This document shows, in pieces, positions 39,419 to 49,132 of a stretch of DNA of 64,000 bases. The position numbers and the translations under genes were made by a program. The stretch lies in IMG/VR virus record IMGVR_UViG_3300032053_000039, positions 1 through 64,000 of that record. One strand, 5' to 3'. Under the pieces are notes generated by a model. It ran no database searches, had not been told where the DNA came from, and was given only the letters and a program-made list of their open reading frames with translations. The first letter of the stretch is position 1, and every line of letters starts with the position of its first letter. This DNA comes from a virus.

Positions 39419-39456
39419 ATTCTTCGTCTTTCCTTCTATTCTTCGTCTTTCCTTCT
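39419..39456. repeat. 19-bp tandem duplication
   Basis: ATTCTTCGTCTTTCCTTCT twice. Confidence 0.8.
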
Positions 39457-39654
39457 ATCTATATATGATTCTGCCAAATGAATTATAGTATTCTCTAATT
39501 GCTTATCTGAAAAACTGAGTCCGGATAAAAGTCTATAAAATAACTCAAATAGTTCTTCTGTTGTAGAATCAATATCTAGTGTTGTTTCTACAACCTCACA
39601 ACTATCAATTTCACCACTAACGTTATTAGTCCCATCAATTCTCAGTTTTATCAT
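39436..39654 (-). CDS. hypothetical protein
   Basis: AAGGAG RBS. Confidence 0.6.
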   Translation of the reverse strand: MIKLRIDGTNNVSGEIDSCEVVETTLDIDSTTEELFELFYRLLSGLSFSDKQLENTIIHLAESYIDRRKDEE

Positions 39655-39690
39655 AATAATCTCCTTATTTCTTTTTAAGGTATTTATAAA

Positions 39691-39924
39691 CTAAACAGCA
39701 TATTCTTTTTTTATGATTGTAAGGAATTTGAGGAGGCCGTTTTCAGTTTTAAATTCCTGGAGAGTTCCATCTATATAAAAGTATGTCTCTACTTTTCCAA
39801 TATTACCACAAGGATTCTTATAAACTTTTATTTCCTTTTGAATATCCATAAAGTTATCTCTGTACACAGTAAGCCAATATCTTTTATGAAACAAATACCC
39901 AGTCTTTATCCAATTTGGTTTCAT
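39691..39924 (-). CDS. hypothetical protein
   Basis: G-rich RBS. Confidence 0.6.
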   Translation of the reverse strand: MKPNWIKTGYLFHKRYWLTVYRDNFMDIQKEIKVYKNPCGNIGKVETYFYIDGTLQEFKTENGLLKFLTIIKKEYAV

Positions 39925-40015
39925 GATAACCCCCCGATAATTATTCTGTTAGACTTCCTTTTTTAATTTATATTTATTAGGTAACAAAATCTATTAATAA
40001 CTTACAAAAACTCCT

Positions 40016-40168
40016 TTATTTGGAATATTTTTTAACTAAATCTTTGACTGCTTTTCGAATAAGATCTGCGACAGTAACAGTATATCCATGCTTTTCTTGT
40101 TCATCTTTAGCTAATTTTTCAAGAGAGTCTTTGTCTTTCTTATCTATTCTGAAATTAAGCTGCTCCAT
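40016..40168 (-). CDS. ribbon-helix-helix protein (50 aa)
   Basis: AAGGAG RBS; MEQLNFRIDKKDKDSLEKLAK...TVADLIRKAV; not in ORF track. Confidence 0.8.
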   Translation of the reverse strand: MEQLNFRIDKKDKDSLEKLAKDEQEKHGYTVTVADLIRKAVKDLVKKYSK

Positions 40169-40210
40169 GAGAAACTCCTTTTAAACTATATTATAACAGG
40201 AAATACCTTA

Positions 40211-40238
40211 TGTATAATACGACATAACAATTAGTCAA
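40211..40238 (-). promoter_or_regulatory. sigma70-like promoter upstream of an RHH gene
   Basis: TTGACT-16 nt-TATACA; shares TTATGTC and TATACAT with the promoter at 11640. Confidence 0.5.
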
Positions 40239-40443
40239 TAATATTAGTATAACCTTTTAATTATTTTTTGAAAATTAGGAAATACAAGTGTATATTATTT
40301 TTTCTTTTTATATCTATCTAAAATTCGTTCTTGGTAATTTTGACGAACGATTCTATCCGGATCTTGCTTCCGAAATAAAAAATTCAATAATCCCATAAAG
40401 AATTTTTTCATTGTTATTCACACCAGATTAAATTTTTTTATAC

Positions 40444-40472
40444 ATTATCAGTACATCAGGAAACTTAGTCAA
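40444..40472 (-). promoter_or_regulatory. sigma70-like promoter
   Basis: TTGACT-17 nt-GATAAT, intergenic. Confidence 0.5.
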
Positions 40473-40485
40473 TTTAAGCAACTTG

Positions 40486-40680
40486 TCAAATATTTTTTAA
40501 ATACATTGATTTTCGTGTAAGGGATTGATCTCTATTTTTTAGTTCTAGAGTTTGTTTGCTTTTAATAATGTAAAGGCATCTCTTGCAGGTTACTTTGTCG
40601 ATATTAGATGAATTCTTACTTCCATAACCAGAGTAACCGCAAATAGACAGTCCCCCATCTCTCTTGTAATGAATTGCCAT
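40486..40680 (-). CDS. small zinc-binding protein
   Basis: H...ICG...VTCKRC. Confidence 0.6.
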   Translation of the reverse strand: MAIHYKRDGGLSICGYSGYGSKNSSNIDKVTCKRCLYIIKSKQTLELKNRDQSLTRKSMYLKNI

Positions 40681-40698
40681 AACAACCTCATCTTAATA

Positions 40699-40887
40699 TT
40701 ATCTGTTTTTATCTTTGATTTTTGAAGTCTGCTTGCCTTGCTTTTGTATATATATTTTAAGGCAATTCTTTAGTATCCAGTTTACAGACCTATCAAGTTT
40801 CATGGACATCTTTGCTAATTCTACTATATCTTCCTTAGGAAGTTCTATGCTAACTTCCACTTTATCATCACCTCCATTCATAATCAT
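40699..40887 (-). CDS. RHH-like protein
   Basis: VEVSIELP...LDRSVNWILKNCL. Confidence 0.6.
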   Translation of the reverse strand: MIMNGGDDKVEVSIELPKEDIVELAKMSMKLDRSVNWILKNCLKIYIQKQGKQTSKIKDKNR

Positions 40888-40889
40888 TA

Positions 40890-41210
40890 TTAGTGCATAT
40901 CGGTTTTATCGTTTATTATTCTATCAGAAAGATTTTTAAATAACCATAACTCTGCATCCTCTCGAGAACTAAAACTTTTAGGATGAATATAATAAAGATA
41001 GTTATAAGAATCTTTCATAGCAACAGGACACTTAGAGTTATCACAAGCACATTCTATAGATTCTCTATCATTAATGATATCTGTAATAAATATGAGATTG
41101 TATCCATTGGGAACAAGTCCATACTGTTCATGAACAAGTGGTTCTATTATCTCAATAGACACTATCCTCTCTGTATTAATAAAAACTCCGTTACCTAAAT
41201 TGAGAAGCAC
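40890..41210 (-). CDS. hypothetical protein
   Basis: GAGG RBS; FINTERIVSIE segment. Confidence 0.6.
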   Translation of the reverse strand: MLLNLGNGVFINTERIVSIEIIEPLVHEQYGLVPNGYNLIFITDIINDRESIECACDNSKCPVAMKDSYNYLYYIHPKSFSSREDAELWLFKNLSDRIINDKTDMH

Positions 41211-41408
41211 CTCTATGCCCCTTATTTATAATATTGCTATATACTTCTCTATATTTAATCTAATAAATCTTCAAAATCTAACCAATTTTTCTCAATCATA
41301 AGAAGAATTAAATAACCAATTGGTTTTAAACGTATCTATATTATTACGAATATATTCAATTTCATCTTTTGAAAGTAGTGTGGGTGGTATATATCGCATA
41401 AATATTGT

Positions 41409-41684
41409 TTAATCTACTAAATCCTCATAGGTTGTCCAATCTTGTTGTATACATAAAAGAACCAAGTAGCCCATTAAATCACAAATATCGTTTTTTCTTA
41501 ATTCGGGACTGTTTCTTATTCTAGAAAGTTTCTCATCACATCTATTTAATATATTATCCCCTGCTTCGCTTTTAGAGAATATTCTTATAGGAGCTATAGC
41601 AGAGTCTCCGTATCGTTTATTCTTCTCTTTTAGGAATGTAGCAAAATTACTACAAACTTGATCTATCTTCTCTTGAGTAGTCAT
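41409..41684 (-). CDS. nucleotide-modification-associated domain 1 (DUF1599-like)
   Basis: KNKRYGDS...RCDEKLSRI...DLMGYLVL. Confidence 0.7.
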   Translation of the reverse strand: MTTQEKIDQVCSNFATFLKEKNKRYGDSAIAPIRIFSKSEAGDNILNRCDEKLSRIRNSPELRKNDICDLMGYLVLLCIQQDWTTYEDLVD

Positions 41685-42148
41685 TGTGCTCTCCCATACC
41701 GATCTTTTATTCTTACAATATCTTGTTCATCATTTTCACCAAAGGCTACATCGAGAACAAGACCTTGAGGATCAGGACCCACATAAGTTGCTCTATGAAT
41801 AACAAATCTATGGAAACCAAACATATCTCCTTTCTCTGCTTTTACTGTTATAATATTTTCTTTAAGAAAAAGTTCAAGATCTCCAAATCTTTTATACTCA
41901 TCTTGTTCACTTAGTATTTCTTCTGGAACAGGCTTACTGCTATAATCAATTACAAACCCTTCACTTAGAATAAGATAAAATTGATCACGTTTGAAATGAT
42001 ATTGCATTGAAAGAGACTCATTCTTATTTATGTATAATATCTTAGTTGTGCATTTTTCATTGTCAGAATATAAACCGTAATATCCCCAAGGCCGGTTTTC
42101 TGTAGAGTATTTGAATGGTTCTTCTTGCTTTCCTAGAAACAATTTCAT
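41681..42148 (-). CDS. cupin, type II mannose-6-phosphate isomerase-like
   Basis: RPWGYY, SLSMQYHFKR, HRA, DEQDIVRIKDRYGR. Confidence 0.8.
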   Translation of the reverse strand: MKLFLGKQEEPFKYSTENRPWGYYGLYSDNEKCTTKILYINKNESLSMQYHFKRDQFYLILSEGFVIDYSSKPVPEEILSEQDEYKRFGDLELFLKENIITVKAEKGDMFGFHRFVIHRATYVGPDPQGLVLDVAFGENDEQDIVRIKDRYGRAQ

Positions 42149-42172
42149 AAAGCACCTCTTACTAATATATAC

Positions 42173-43042
42173 CTAATCTTCTTCAGGTTCTGTTGGAGGT
42201 TCTGTAGGTTTAGCTTTTGCTTTTTCCGTACCTTGAATAACTCCACCTGATTTTAAAATACTATCCTCAAGAAAATTAAATTTCTCTGAAAGGGATATTC
42301 TGAGATTTTGAATAAGATTTGCATAAGCAGGATTCTTTTCAAAATCTACAAAAACTATTTGAATATCATCAAGTATCTTACTCAATACACCAAGTTTGTA
42401 GGAAAGAATAGCATTAGATAAATCATCTCGACTTATAGGGAATAATCTTTTATCAATTATCTGCCAGGTTTTTAGAATAGAATTTTCAACTTCTTCAGCT
42501 AATTTATTCATTTGAAAAAATTCTTGAATCTCTATATCCTCAAGTATTCTTGTTTCTTGATGATCAGATAATTCCTTTATTCTATTCTGAATAAAATGAA
42601 GTCTCTGCCCTTTTGCTTCGAGAACTCCCTGAGCTCCTGCAAAAAGATCTATATTTCCTTCTAAGATAGAAGCAACAAGTTCTCGTGACTCCTGGTTGGT
42701 ATCCTCTTTTATATTTATTATTTTTTGAACACTAGAAGATATAATATAATGATTATTAAAATGTGTAGTAAGGTTATCAACGGAAATATTTACATTATAG
42801 GATATATCACTTAAGGGTAAATGTTTTTTTGCTCTCATCATATTTATTTCCATATGATCTCGACGAGTGCAAACAATACAAGCACGACTTTTTTTTATAT
42901 ACTTTCCATAATAATCCATCTTATCAGGTTCAATTGTTGGAACAATAGCAGTATTAGATGTTACTGGCAGGAAGGATTCTTCCTTGGGATCTTCTGAGCA
43001 CATATCTATTATATTTTTTTCATTACTAAAATCATTATCCAT
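42173..43042 (-). CDS. hypothetical protein with CxxC-HTH N-domain
   Basis: ACIVC...EIN...LSDIS...NL..H..NH followed by a helical region. Confidence 0.7.
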   Translation of the reverse strand: MDNDFSNEKNIIDMCSEDPKEESFLPVTSNTAIVPTIEPDKMDYYGKYIKKSRACIVCTRRDHMEINMMRAKKHLPLSDISYNVNISVDNLTTHFNNHYIISSSVQKIINIKEDTNQESRELVASILEGNIDLFAGAQGVLEAKGQRLHFIQNRIKELSDHQETRILEDIEIQEFFQMNKLAEEVENSILKTWQIIDKRLFPISRDDLSNAILSYKLGVLSKILDDIQIVFVDFEKNPAYANLIQNLRISLSEKFNFLEDSILKSGGVIQGTEKAKAKPTEPPTEPEED

Positions 43043-43427
43043 TTCGCAATACCTTCGCTGTAACTATTCTTATTTTATCACCAGTATAAGAAGTATTTTT
43101 ATTTATTGATAATATTATCTTATCTTCTTCTACTAGAGGATAGACATCGATAAAAGAAAATTTCGATTTATCTAGTTCTGATATATGCTTACAAACTTTT
43201 AAAATATCTTTTATTGATATATCTTTCTTATCCATTATTTCAAGAAAGTCAGCTAAGGATATAAACGTCTCATTTTTCTGTTCTAATATAGTTTCATATT
43301 CTATTTCATCTAATTTCTTTGATTTTTTATTTATATCTTGAGATAACTCTGCAGCATCTTTAATATAAGATGTTAGCTTTGATGGGGATTTACCTCTGGA
43401 CTTTAATTTATTGAAAAGTGGAAACAT
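43035..43427 (-). CDS. hypothetical protein
   Basis: overlapping start/stop coupling. Confidence 0.7.
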   Translation of the reverse strand: MFPLFNKLKSRGKSPSKLTSYIKDAAELSQDINKKSKKLDEIEYETILEQKNETFISLADFLEIMDKKDISIKDILKVCKHISELDKSKFSFIDVYPLVEEDKIILSINKNTSYTGDKIRIVTAKVLRNG

Positions 43428-44878
43428 TAGCTCTCTTTAACTATAAGCAATGTATTCTCTATTCTTGGGTTTTCTATAGGAAATACAGAAAAGAAATTAT
43501 TAAAGTATAATCCAAAGTAATCTGTGAGTACCTGACGAGAAGCAAGAGCTTGTATTACATATATATTATTATTTGGAAACTGCTCCATAAGATTTGAAGC
43601 CAGGTTAGTCGTATGATATCCAAAGAAGTATCTTAGATAATTGGCTATAATTGTTACCGGAAGTGGTTGAAGACTAGAAGATAAATGAGTTACGATTGTA
43701 TTATTTTCTATATTGCTTATAGTAGCATCTGCATAAGAGTGAGATTGCTCGAATTTGAGTTGCTTATCTAAATTTTTAGATTTTATACCTTTAAGTTTTG
43801 TCTCATGATTGAGCATTTCTTTAAAAAGAATATCTTGCTCAGCATTAAGTTGATTTATTCTAGTATCAATACTACTAAGATCAGTATCTTTATAGCTATC
43901 TATTCTTTGAATTTCTTTACTAAGAATTTCTATATTAGAACCGGATGTCCTTACAAGAAGAGATATATCTTTGAGAGTTTTTTCTACAGAGGTTCTGTCA
44001 TGATCGAATACTATTTTTTTGTCATGAAGATATCTTAAATCTTCATCATTTCCACCTCTATCTACCATAAAAGAAAGTTCAGCATCAATATCTTTTATTA
44101 TGTTATTAAGTTGAAGCAACCTATCTTCGTATGTTTTTTTCGATTCTGATAGCATTTGATTTTCTATAGCGAATTTTTCTCTTTCTTGCATAAGAGATTC
44201 TCTGTTATTCACCTTCTCAAACATCTCGCTTTTGTTGTTTTGAAGATTCTCTCTTTCCATCTTTATATGTTCTATTCTTGTTAATACCTGAGAAATCTTT
44301 TCTTCGAGAGAATCTATAAGGAGTTTCTCTGTCATAATATTTTTTTGATTTATACCTTGACTCTCTACCTCAAATTTAGAAATCTTTGTTCCAAACTTTT
44401 TCTCCAATGCAGGAAATATTCCTTTCACTGGATTTTTAAATTTATCTATAAAACTAAATATTGAGTCATATTCAAAGAATATATCCCTAACAGGATGAGT
44501 CATAAAAAATAAATGAAAATAGTCTTTTATAAAATTTATTTCATCTGGTATTGTAGTTCCTTCTGAATTACAAATAACCAAATGCTCAGCGTCTTTATAA
44601 GACATTCCTATTGTAACAACTACTGATTTTGGAAGAGTGTAGTAATTTCCAAAAGCGTTCTTTATAAGCTCAACAACATAAAGTGGTATTGTTTCGTCTT
44701 TGGAAAAATTGATCATTGAGGTAGTATCAGCATCTTTATCATTGTATATAAAATACAACCATTTCAAGTCATTTAATTTATAAAGGTTTTCTTCAATTCT
44801 AGAGAATATGGTTTCATACACTGAATCAGAAAGGCCTGTATAGTCACGAAAATCTTTATAGATGTTCTTTTTTATCAT
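43427..44878 (-). CDS. long coiled-coil protein
   Basis: central heptad region of about 230 aa between globular ends; follows SbcC. Confidence 0.75.
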   Translation of the reverse strand: MIKKNIYKDFRDYTGLSDSVYETIFSRIEENLYKLNDLKWLYFIYNDKDADTTSMINFSKDETIPLYVVELIKNAFGNYYTLPKSVVVTIGMSYKDAEHLVICNSEGTTIPDEINFIKDYFHLFFMTHPVRDIFFEYDSIFSFIDKFKNPVKGIFPALEKKFGTKISKFEVESQGINQKNIMTEKLLIDSLEEKISQVLTRIEHIKMERENLQNNKSEMFEKVNNRESLMQEREKFAIENQMLSESKKTYEDRLLQLNNIIKDIDAELSFMVDRGGNDEDLRYLHDKKIVFDHDRTSVEKTLKDISLLVRTSGSNIEILSKEIQRIDSYKDTDLSSIDTRINQLNAEQDILFKEMLNHETKLKGIKSKNLDKQLKFEQSHSYADATISNIENNTIVTHLSSSLQPLPVTIIANYLRYFFGYHTTNLASNLMEQFPNNNIYVIQALASRQVLTDYFGLYFNNFFSVFPIENPRIENTLLIVKES

Positions 44879-44896
44879 ATAATCTCCAATTAATTT

Positions 44897-46987
44897 TTAA
44901 TTGATATAACTAATTTCATTTTGATCCATATGGATAGTTATTAAGTTGGGAAAAGATTCTGCATCTTCCGTATGTGTAATAACTAATATTTGATTAAAGG
45001 ATTCCGATATTAAAGTCAATATTTTTTTAACCAACGTCCGGTTTTCTTCATCAAGAGCCCCAAAAGGTTCATCCATGACTATAAACTGAATGTTAGACAT
45101 TGTTTGCTGAGTTATAACTTTAGAGAACCCCAGTCGTAACCCGATATTAACGATTGTTTTTTGTCCTCCAGAGAGTCTTTTATAGCTTCGATACTTGCCA
45201 TTTTTCTCAAATCCTATTACGATTGGACTGTTCTTTTTAGAGGTATCCTCATATATTTTTACTACAAGATTCGGCATTACATGTTGTATTATTTCATTAG
45301 AAAATTGTTCTATAGAGGCAATAGACTCATTAAATATATTCTTTGGTATTTCTAAGAATATTTTATAAAGTTCATCATTTACAGATTTCTCTTCTTTGTA
45401 GGAATTCAGTAACTTCTTTTCAGAATCTATTTGATTATCTAGATCTTTCTTCGACTTTTCTTTCTCTAGAAGAGAGCCTAATTCTAGGGATAAACTATTT
45501 AAGGACTTATCTATATTGGTAAGTTCTATTGTTTTTTGTTTTAGTTCAGATTCATTAAACTGTATTTTAGAAAGTGTTTCCTCAAGGGATTTTATATCTA
45601 GTTCGAGGACGCTTATCTTTTCTATTTTATTGAGTTTGTTTTCTTCAAAAGAGCTTAACTGAGATTTACAAATATCTAAGTTGTTTTTACAAGAGTTGTA
45701 ATCTATAATATTTCTATTCTTTCTATCTTCCAAGGTCTTTATTTTTAGTTCACTGTTTTCTATAGATAATTTTAATTGCCCTTTTTCAGTTTTTATTATA
45801 TCTAACGATTTCAAAATATCTAGTTTTGATTTATTAAGGGGTTCAAGAGTTTTATTAATAGAATCCAATTGATTAGATACTTTTAAATTTTCTTCTTGAA
45901 GATGATCTTCAGTAACTTCTTGCTTACAAGTAGGGCATACTCCAGATCCTATATTAAGTTTTTGAGATTCTAGATTCTTAATATCTTGATTAATCCGAGC
46001 AATTTCTACAGCTAGATTGTTGTTTTTATCTTTTAATTCTTGCTCCTCACTTTCCTTGAATTCAAGATTGTCTTTAAATTTTAGCAAGTCCTCTGTATAT
46101 CCATTAATTTCAGGTTCTACATCTTCCAAATTAAATGAATTCAATTTTAAAGATAATTCTTCTTCAATCTTTTTTGTAGCATCTATCTTAGTTACTATCC
46201 CTTCTAGATCTCTGCTCTCTGATATAAGAGAGGATTTTTTTAAAGATAGCATATCAAGATCAGATTTATATTTATAAAACTCTTGTATGAATTCATTAGC
46301 TTCTATTTTTCTTTTATATAAATTTTCTATGTTTTTTTCAAGAGGTTCCTTTTTGAATAGGGATTCTCCTATACTTTTTGATTTCTCTTCCCAAATTGTT
46401 ATATTATTTTGAGAGCTTAAAATTGAGTCGGATAATTTTTTTATATCTTTTGATATATCCTTGCTAAGGGTCCTCCATATTTCCATATCGAGAACTTTGT
46501 TTATATAGTTTCTTCTCTCTTCAGGACTTGTCTTATTATTATCTATAAATTTATCCATATTCATCTGTTCAAAGAAGACAGATGCGGTAAACATATCATA
46601 ATCCATTCCTATTATTCTATTTATATGCTCTTGGGTTGTATCTATTTTATCACCAAGTCTTACGTCTTCTTGAAATAGATCCAGGTATGAAGCTCCTTTA
46701 TTTATGCCTCTTTCACAAGTATATGCTTGCCCATCCTTAATAAATTTAACCCTTACGTACATTGAATCAGAAGTATCATTAACAAATTCTAATATTTTAT
46801 CAGCCTCTCCTTCTCCATAAAGAGCGTATATTATAGACATTACTAAAGAGCTTTTACCACAGCCGTTGCTCTTACCAGTAGCATCATCAAAAACTCCAAC
46901 TATTCCAGTAATACCTTCTGGTATTTGAACAAGGGTATAATTTTTATAAGAACTATAACCTTCAAGTTCAATAGTTTCTATCTTCAT
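44897..46987 (-). CDS. sbcC: SbcC/Rad50/gp46-like ATPase
   Basis: SNGCGKSS, Q-loop, CPTC zinc hook, LSGGQ, MDEPFGALD, ITH. Confidence 0.93.
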   Translation of the reverse strand: MKIETIELEGYSSYKNYTLVQIPEGITGIVGVFDDATGKSNGCGKSSLVMSIIYALYGEGEADKILEFVNDTSDSMYVRVKFIKDGQAYTCERGINKGASYLDLFQEDVRLGDKIDTTQEHINRIIGMDYDMFTASVFFEQMNMDKFIDNNKTSPEERRNYINKVLDMEIWRTLSKDISKDIKKLSDSILSSQNNITIWEEKSKSIGESLFKKEPLEKNIENLYKRKIEANEFIQEFYKYKSDLDMLSLKKSSLISESRDLEGIVTKIDATKKIEEELSLKLNSFNLEDVEPEINGYTEDLLKFKDNLEFKESEEQELKDKNNNLAVEIARINQDIKNLESQKLNIGSGVCPTCKQEVTEDHLQEENLKVSNQLDSINKTLEPLNKSKLDILKSLDIIKTEKGQLKLSIENSELKIKTLEDRKNRNIIDYNSCKNNLDICKSQLSSFEENKLNKIEKISVLELDIKSLEETLSKIQFNESELKQKTIELTNIDKSLNSLSLELGSLLEKEKSKKDLDNQIDSEKKLLNSYKEEKSVNDELYKIFLEIPKNIFNESIASIEQFSNEIIQHVMPNLVVKIYEDTSKKNSPIVIGFEKNGKYRSYKRLSGGQKTIVNIGLRLGFSKVITQQTMSNIQFIVMDEPFGALDEENRTLVKKILTLISESFNQILVITHTEDAESFPNLITIHMDQNEISYIN

Positions 46988-46988
46988 A

Positions 46989-48107
46989 TTATTTATCCTT
47001 ATTTATCTCTGCATAAGATTCAATACGTTTAATACCACAGCTTATAATCTTTTCTTTATCTAGATCTGTTTTATAATTATTAACATAATCCCTAAATATA
47101 TCATAACTGCTTTTTCTTGTATTTATAAAAATACTGTCAGAACCTGTATTTTCTTTTTTATCTCTCTTTTTAATACTTCCAATAAGGCATTCTCGATCTT
47201 TAAAGAATTTATATATTTCTGTAATATTTAATTTTTCTTCAAATAAATGATCTATAAAAATAACGGATCCTAGTAATATTCTTGATGATTTAAAAAATTC
47301 TAGAGGATCTATTCCATCTGGTACAGAGTATCTTAAAAACTTTCTTATTCCTGGTATTTCTTCAAAGTAAGAATTTCCATCTTTATCTATAAGGCAAAAT
47401 CCTTTTTTAAGTCCTATGTCTGTAGCATCCATATAGGATGTTGATCCAGGGTAGATAACAGATACATTTCCTTTTACATAATTTTGGGCTGTGTGGATAT
47501 GACCTAGAAGAAATAAAAACTTTCTATCTTTAAATACATCTGCATCAAGAAGATAAACTCCCCGAGACAGCATTCGGCTTTCAGATCCTATACGGCTAGA
47601 ATACTCTTGAATATGTGATACGATCATAGTTCTGTCTCTTGCAGAAGAGATGGCCATCTCAAGTTCTTGATTGACAAAGGCATCCTTATCCTTAAGACTT
47701 TTATTTGGGACATACGGTATAAATTTAACATTCCAATCGTACCAATTAAAATTGTGGTTTTCTTCGTAGATAAACTTTATATTTTTAAGTTTCAGTTTAC
47801 TTCCAAAAATCATTCCATGATGGTACATAGAAGTATCATGATTTCCTGTAATAATATATACGGGTTTATTCAAAGAATCCATATTAAAAAGCCATTCTGC
47901 CAAAAATTGAACATTCGGTGGGGTAGGATGGTTTGTATGAGTCATATCTCCACCAAAGATTATAGTATTAATATCATCCTTTTTACCTCTTTCAAATATA
48001 TAATCAAGAGCCTTCATAGCATCAAGTTCTGCTGAATATATTCCGTTAGAGTCCTGAATTGAATGAGATCTTAATCCTAGATGAATATCACTGAAAAAAA
48101 GTATCAT
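46989..48107 (-). CDS. sbcD: SbcD/Mre11/gp47-like nuclease
   Basis: SDIH, GGD, GNHD, GHIH, YPGS. Confidence 0.92.
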   Translation of the reverse strand: MILFFSDIHLGLRSHSIQDSNGIYSAELDAMKALDYIFERGKKDDINTIIFGGDMTHTNHPTPPNVQFLAEWLFNMDSLNKPVYIITGNHDTSMYHHGMIFGSKLKLKNIKFIYEENHNFNWYDWNVKFIPYVPNKSLKDKDAFVNQELEMAISSARDRTMIVSHIQEYSSRIGSESRMLSRGVYLLDADVFKDRKFLFLLGHIHTAQNYVKGNVSVIYPGSTSYMDATDIGLKKGFCLIDKDGNSYFEEIPGIRKFLRYSVPDGIDPLEFFKSSRILLGSVIFIDHLFEEKLNITEIYKFFKDRECLIGSIKKRDKKENTGSDSIFINTRKSSYDIFRDYVNNYKTDLDKEKIISCGIKRIESYAEINKDK

Positions 48108-49132
48108 TTAATTTTCTCCCTTATTTCAAGTTTCTCCAGTATTTCAAGGTTAATTATATCTAATCCCTTAAGTATCCCTGATTTTGAAGAATTAAGAACG
48201 TATCTATGTGATACTTTAATCAAAGATAAGAGGAGCATAGCATAGTAACTAAATAATTTAGAGGTATAATAATCATTTTCTGTGTGAGGATCAAAGTACT
48301 TAAGTTCTTTTTTTACTTCATATTTTATAACTTCTTTTTTAGAAATTCCTAAGGCACGAGCTCTTCTTTCAAGATAGTCCTTACAATAATATTTTTTATG
48401 AGTATATGCTAGATCGTATCCTGATAAAATAATACAACTAGGATCAAGAAGAACCGATATTATAAACATTGCATTTCCGACCCATCCGTTATTTTGGACA
48501 TAAGGGTACTTTCTTGTCTTCCATGTCATTTTCTTTAGTACTAAATTTTTATATCGAATAGTATCTGATTGATTAAAAAATAATATTTTTCCTTTCCAGG
48601 CTTTTAGTGCTTCGGGGTTTAGTGTCGAAGATGCAACTAGTATTAAATCAGAAGTATCTAGATCATGCCAAAAGAATTTAATTAGTATTGATGGATCTAA
48701 AGATACTACAAGATTTGGTTTTATTTTATTTTTTAGACAATTATAAAGAACGGCATCTTGACAGATTATATAAAAATTGTGGGTCATTTTTTTAATAACC
48801 TTTATATCTTTATCAAGAGAAGGTCCATCTGCAAGAAGAATAACTGGTATGTTTCTTGATAATCTTTTCTTTAAGATTTCCAAAGAATCAACCCTTGTTG
48901 TTATTTTAAATATTCCTAATTTTAAATTTTCTGTGTAATTATCTCTCCATGTTTTTATAAAAGGATCTTTCTTTACCAATTCTATTTCTTTGGGTATTGA
49001 TCTTATTTCTTTTATACAGGAATAAATTAATTTTATACATTTTAATAAATAAAAAATAAAATTTATTCCAAACAGCTTAAGATACTTTATAGTTTTTTTG
49101 AAATATCTTTCCAATCTATTAAAGAACCACAT
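48104..49132 (-). CDS. DUF115/Maf (MptE-like) putative glycosyltransferase
   Basis: LADGPSLDKDI, ICQDAV, KPNLVVSLDP, SGYDLAY. Confidence 0.75.
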   Translation of the reverse strand: MWFFNRLERYFKKTIKYLKLFGINFIFYLLKCIKLIYSCIKEIRSIPKEIELVKKDPFIKTWRDNYTENLKLGIFKITTRVDSLEILKKRLSRNIPVILLADGPSLDKDIKVIKKMTHNFYIICQDAVLYNCLKNKIKPNLVVSLDPSILIKFFWHDLDTSDLILVASSTLNPEALKAWKGKILFFNQSDTIRYKNLVLKKMTWKTRKYPYVQNNGWVGNAMFIISVLLDPSCIILSGYDLAYTHKKYYCKDYLERRARALGISKKEVIKYEVKKELKYFDPHTENDYYTSKLFSYYAMLLLSLIKVSHRYVLNSSKSGILKGLDIINLEILEKLEIREKIK

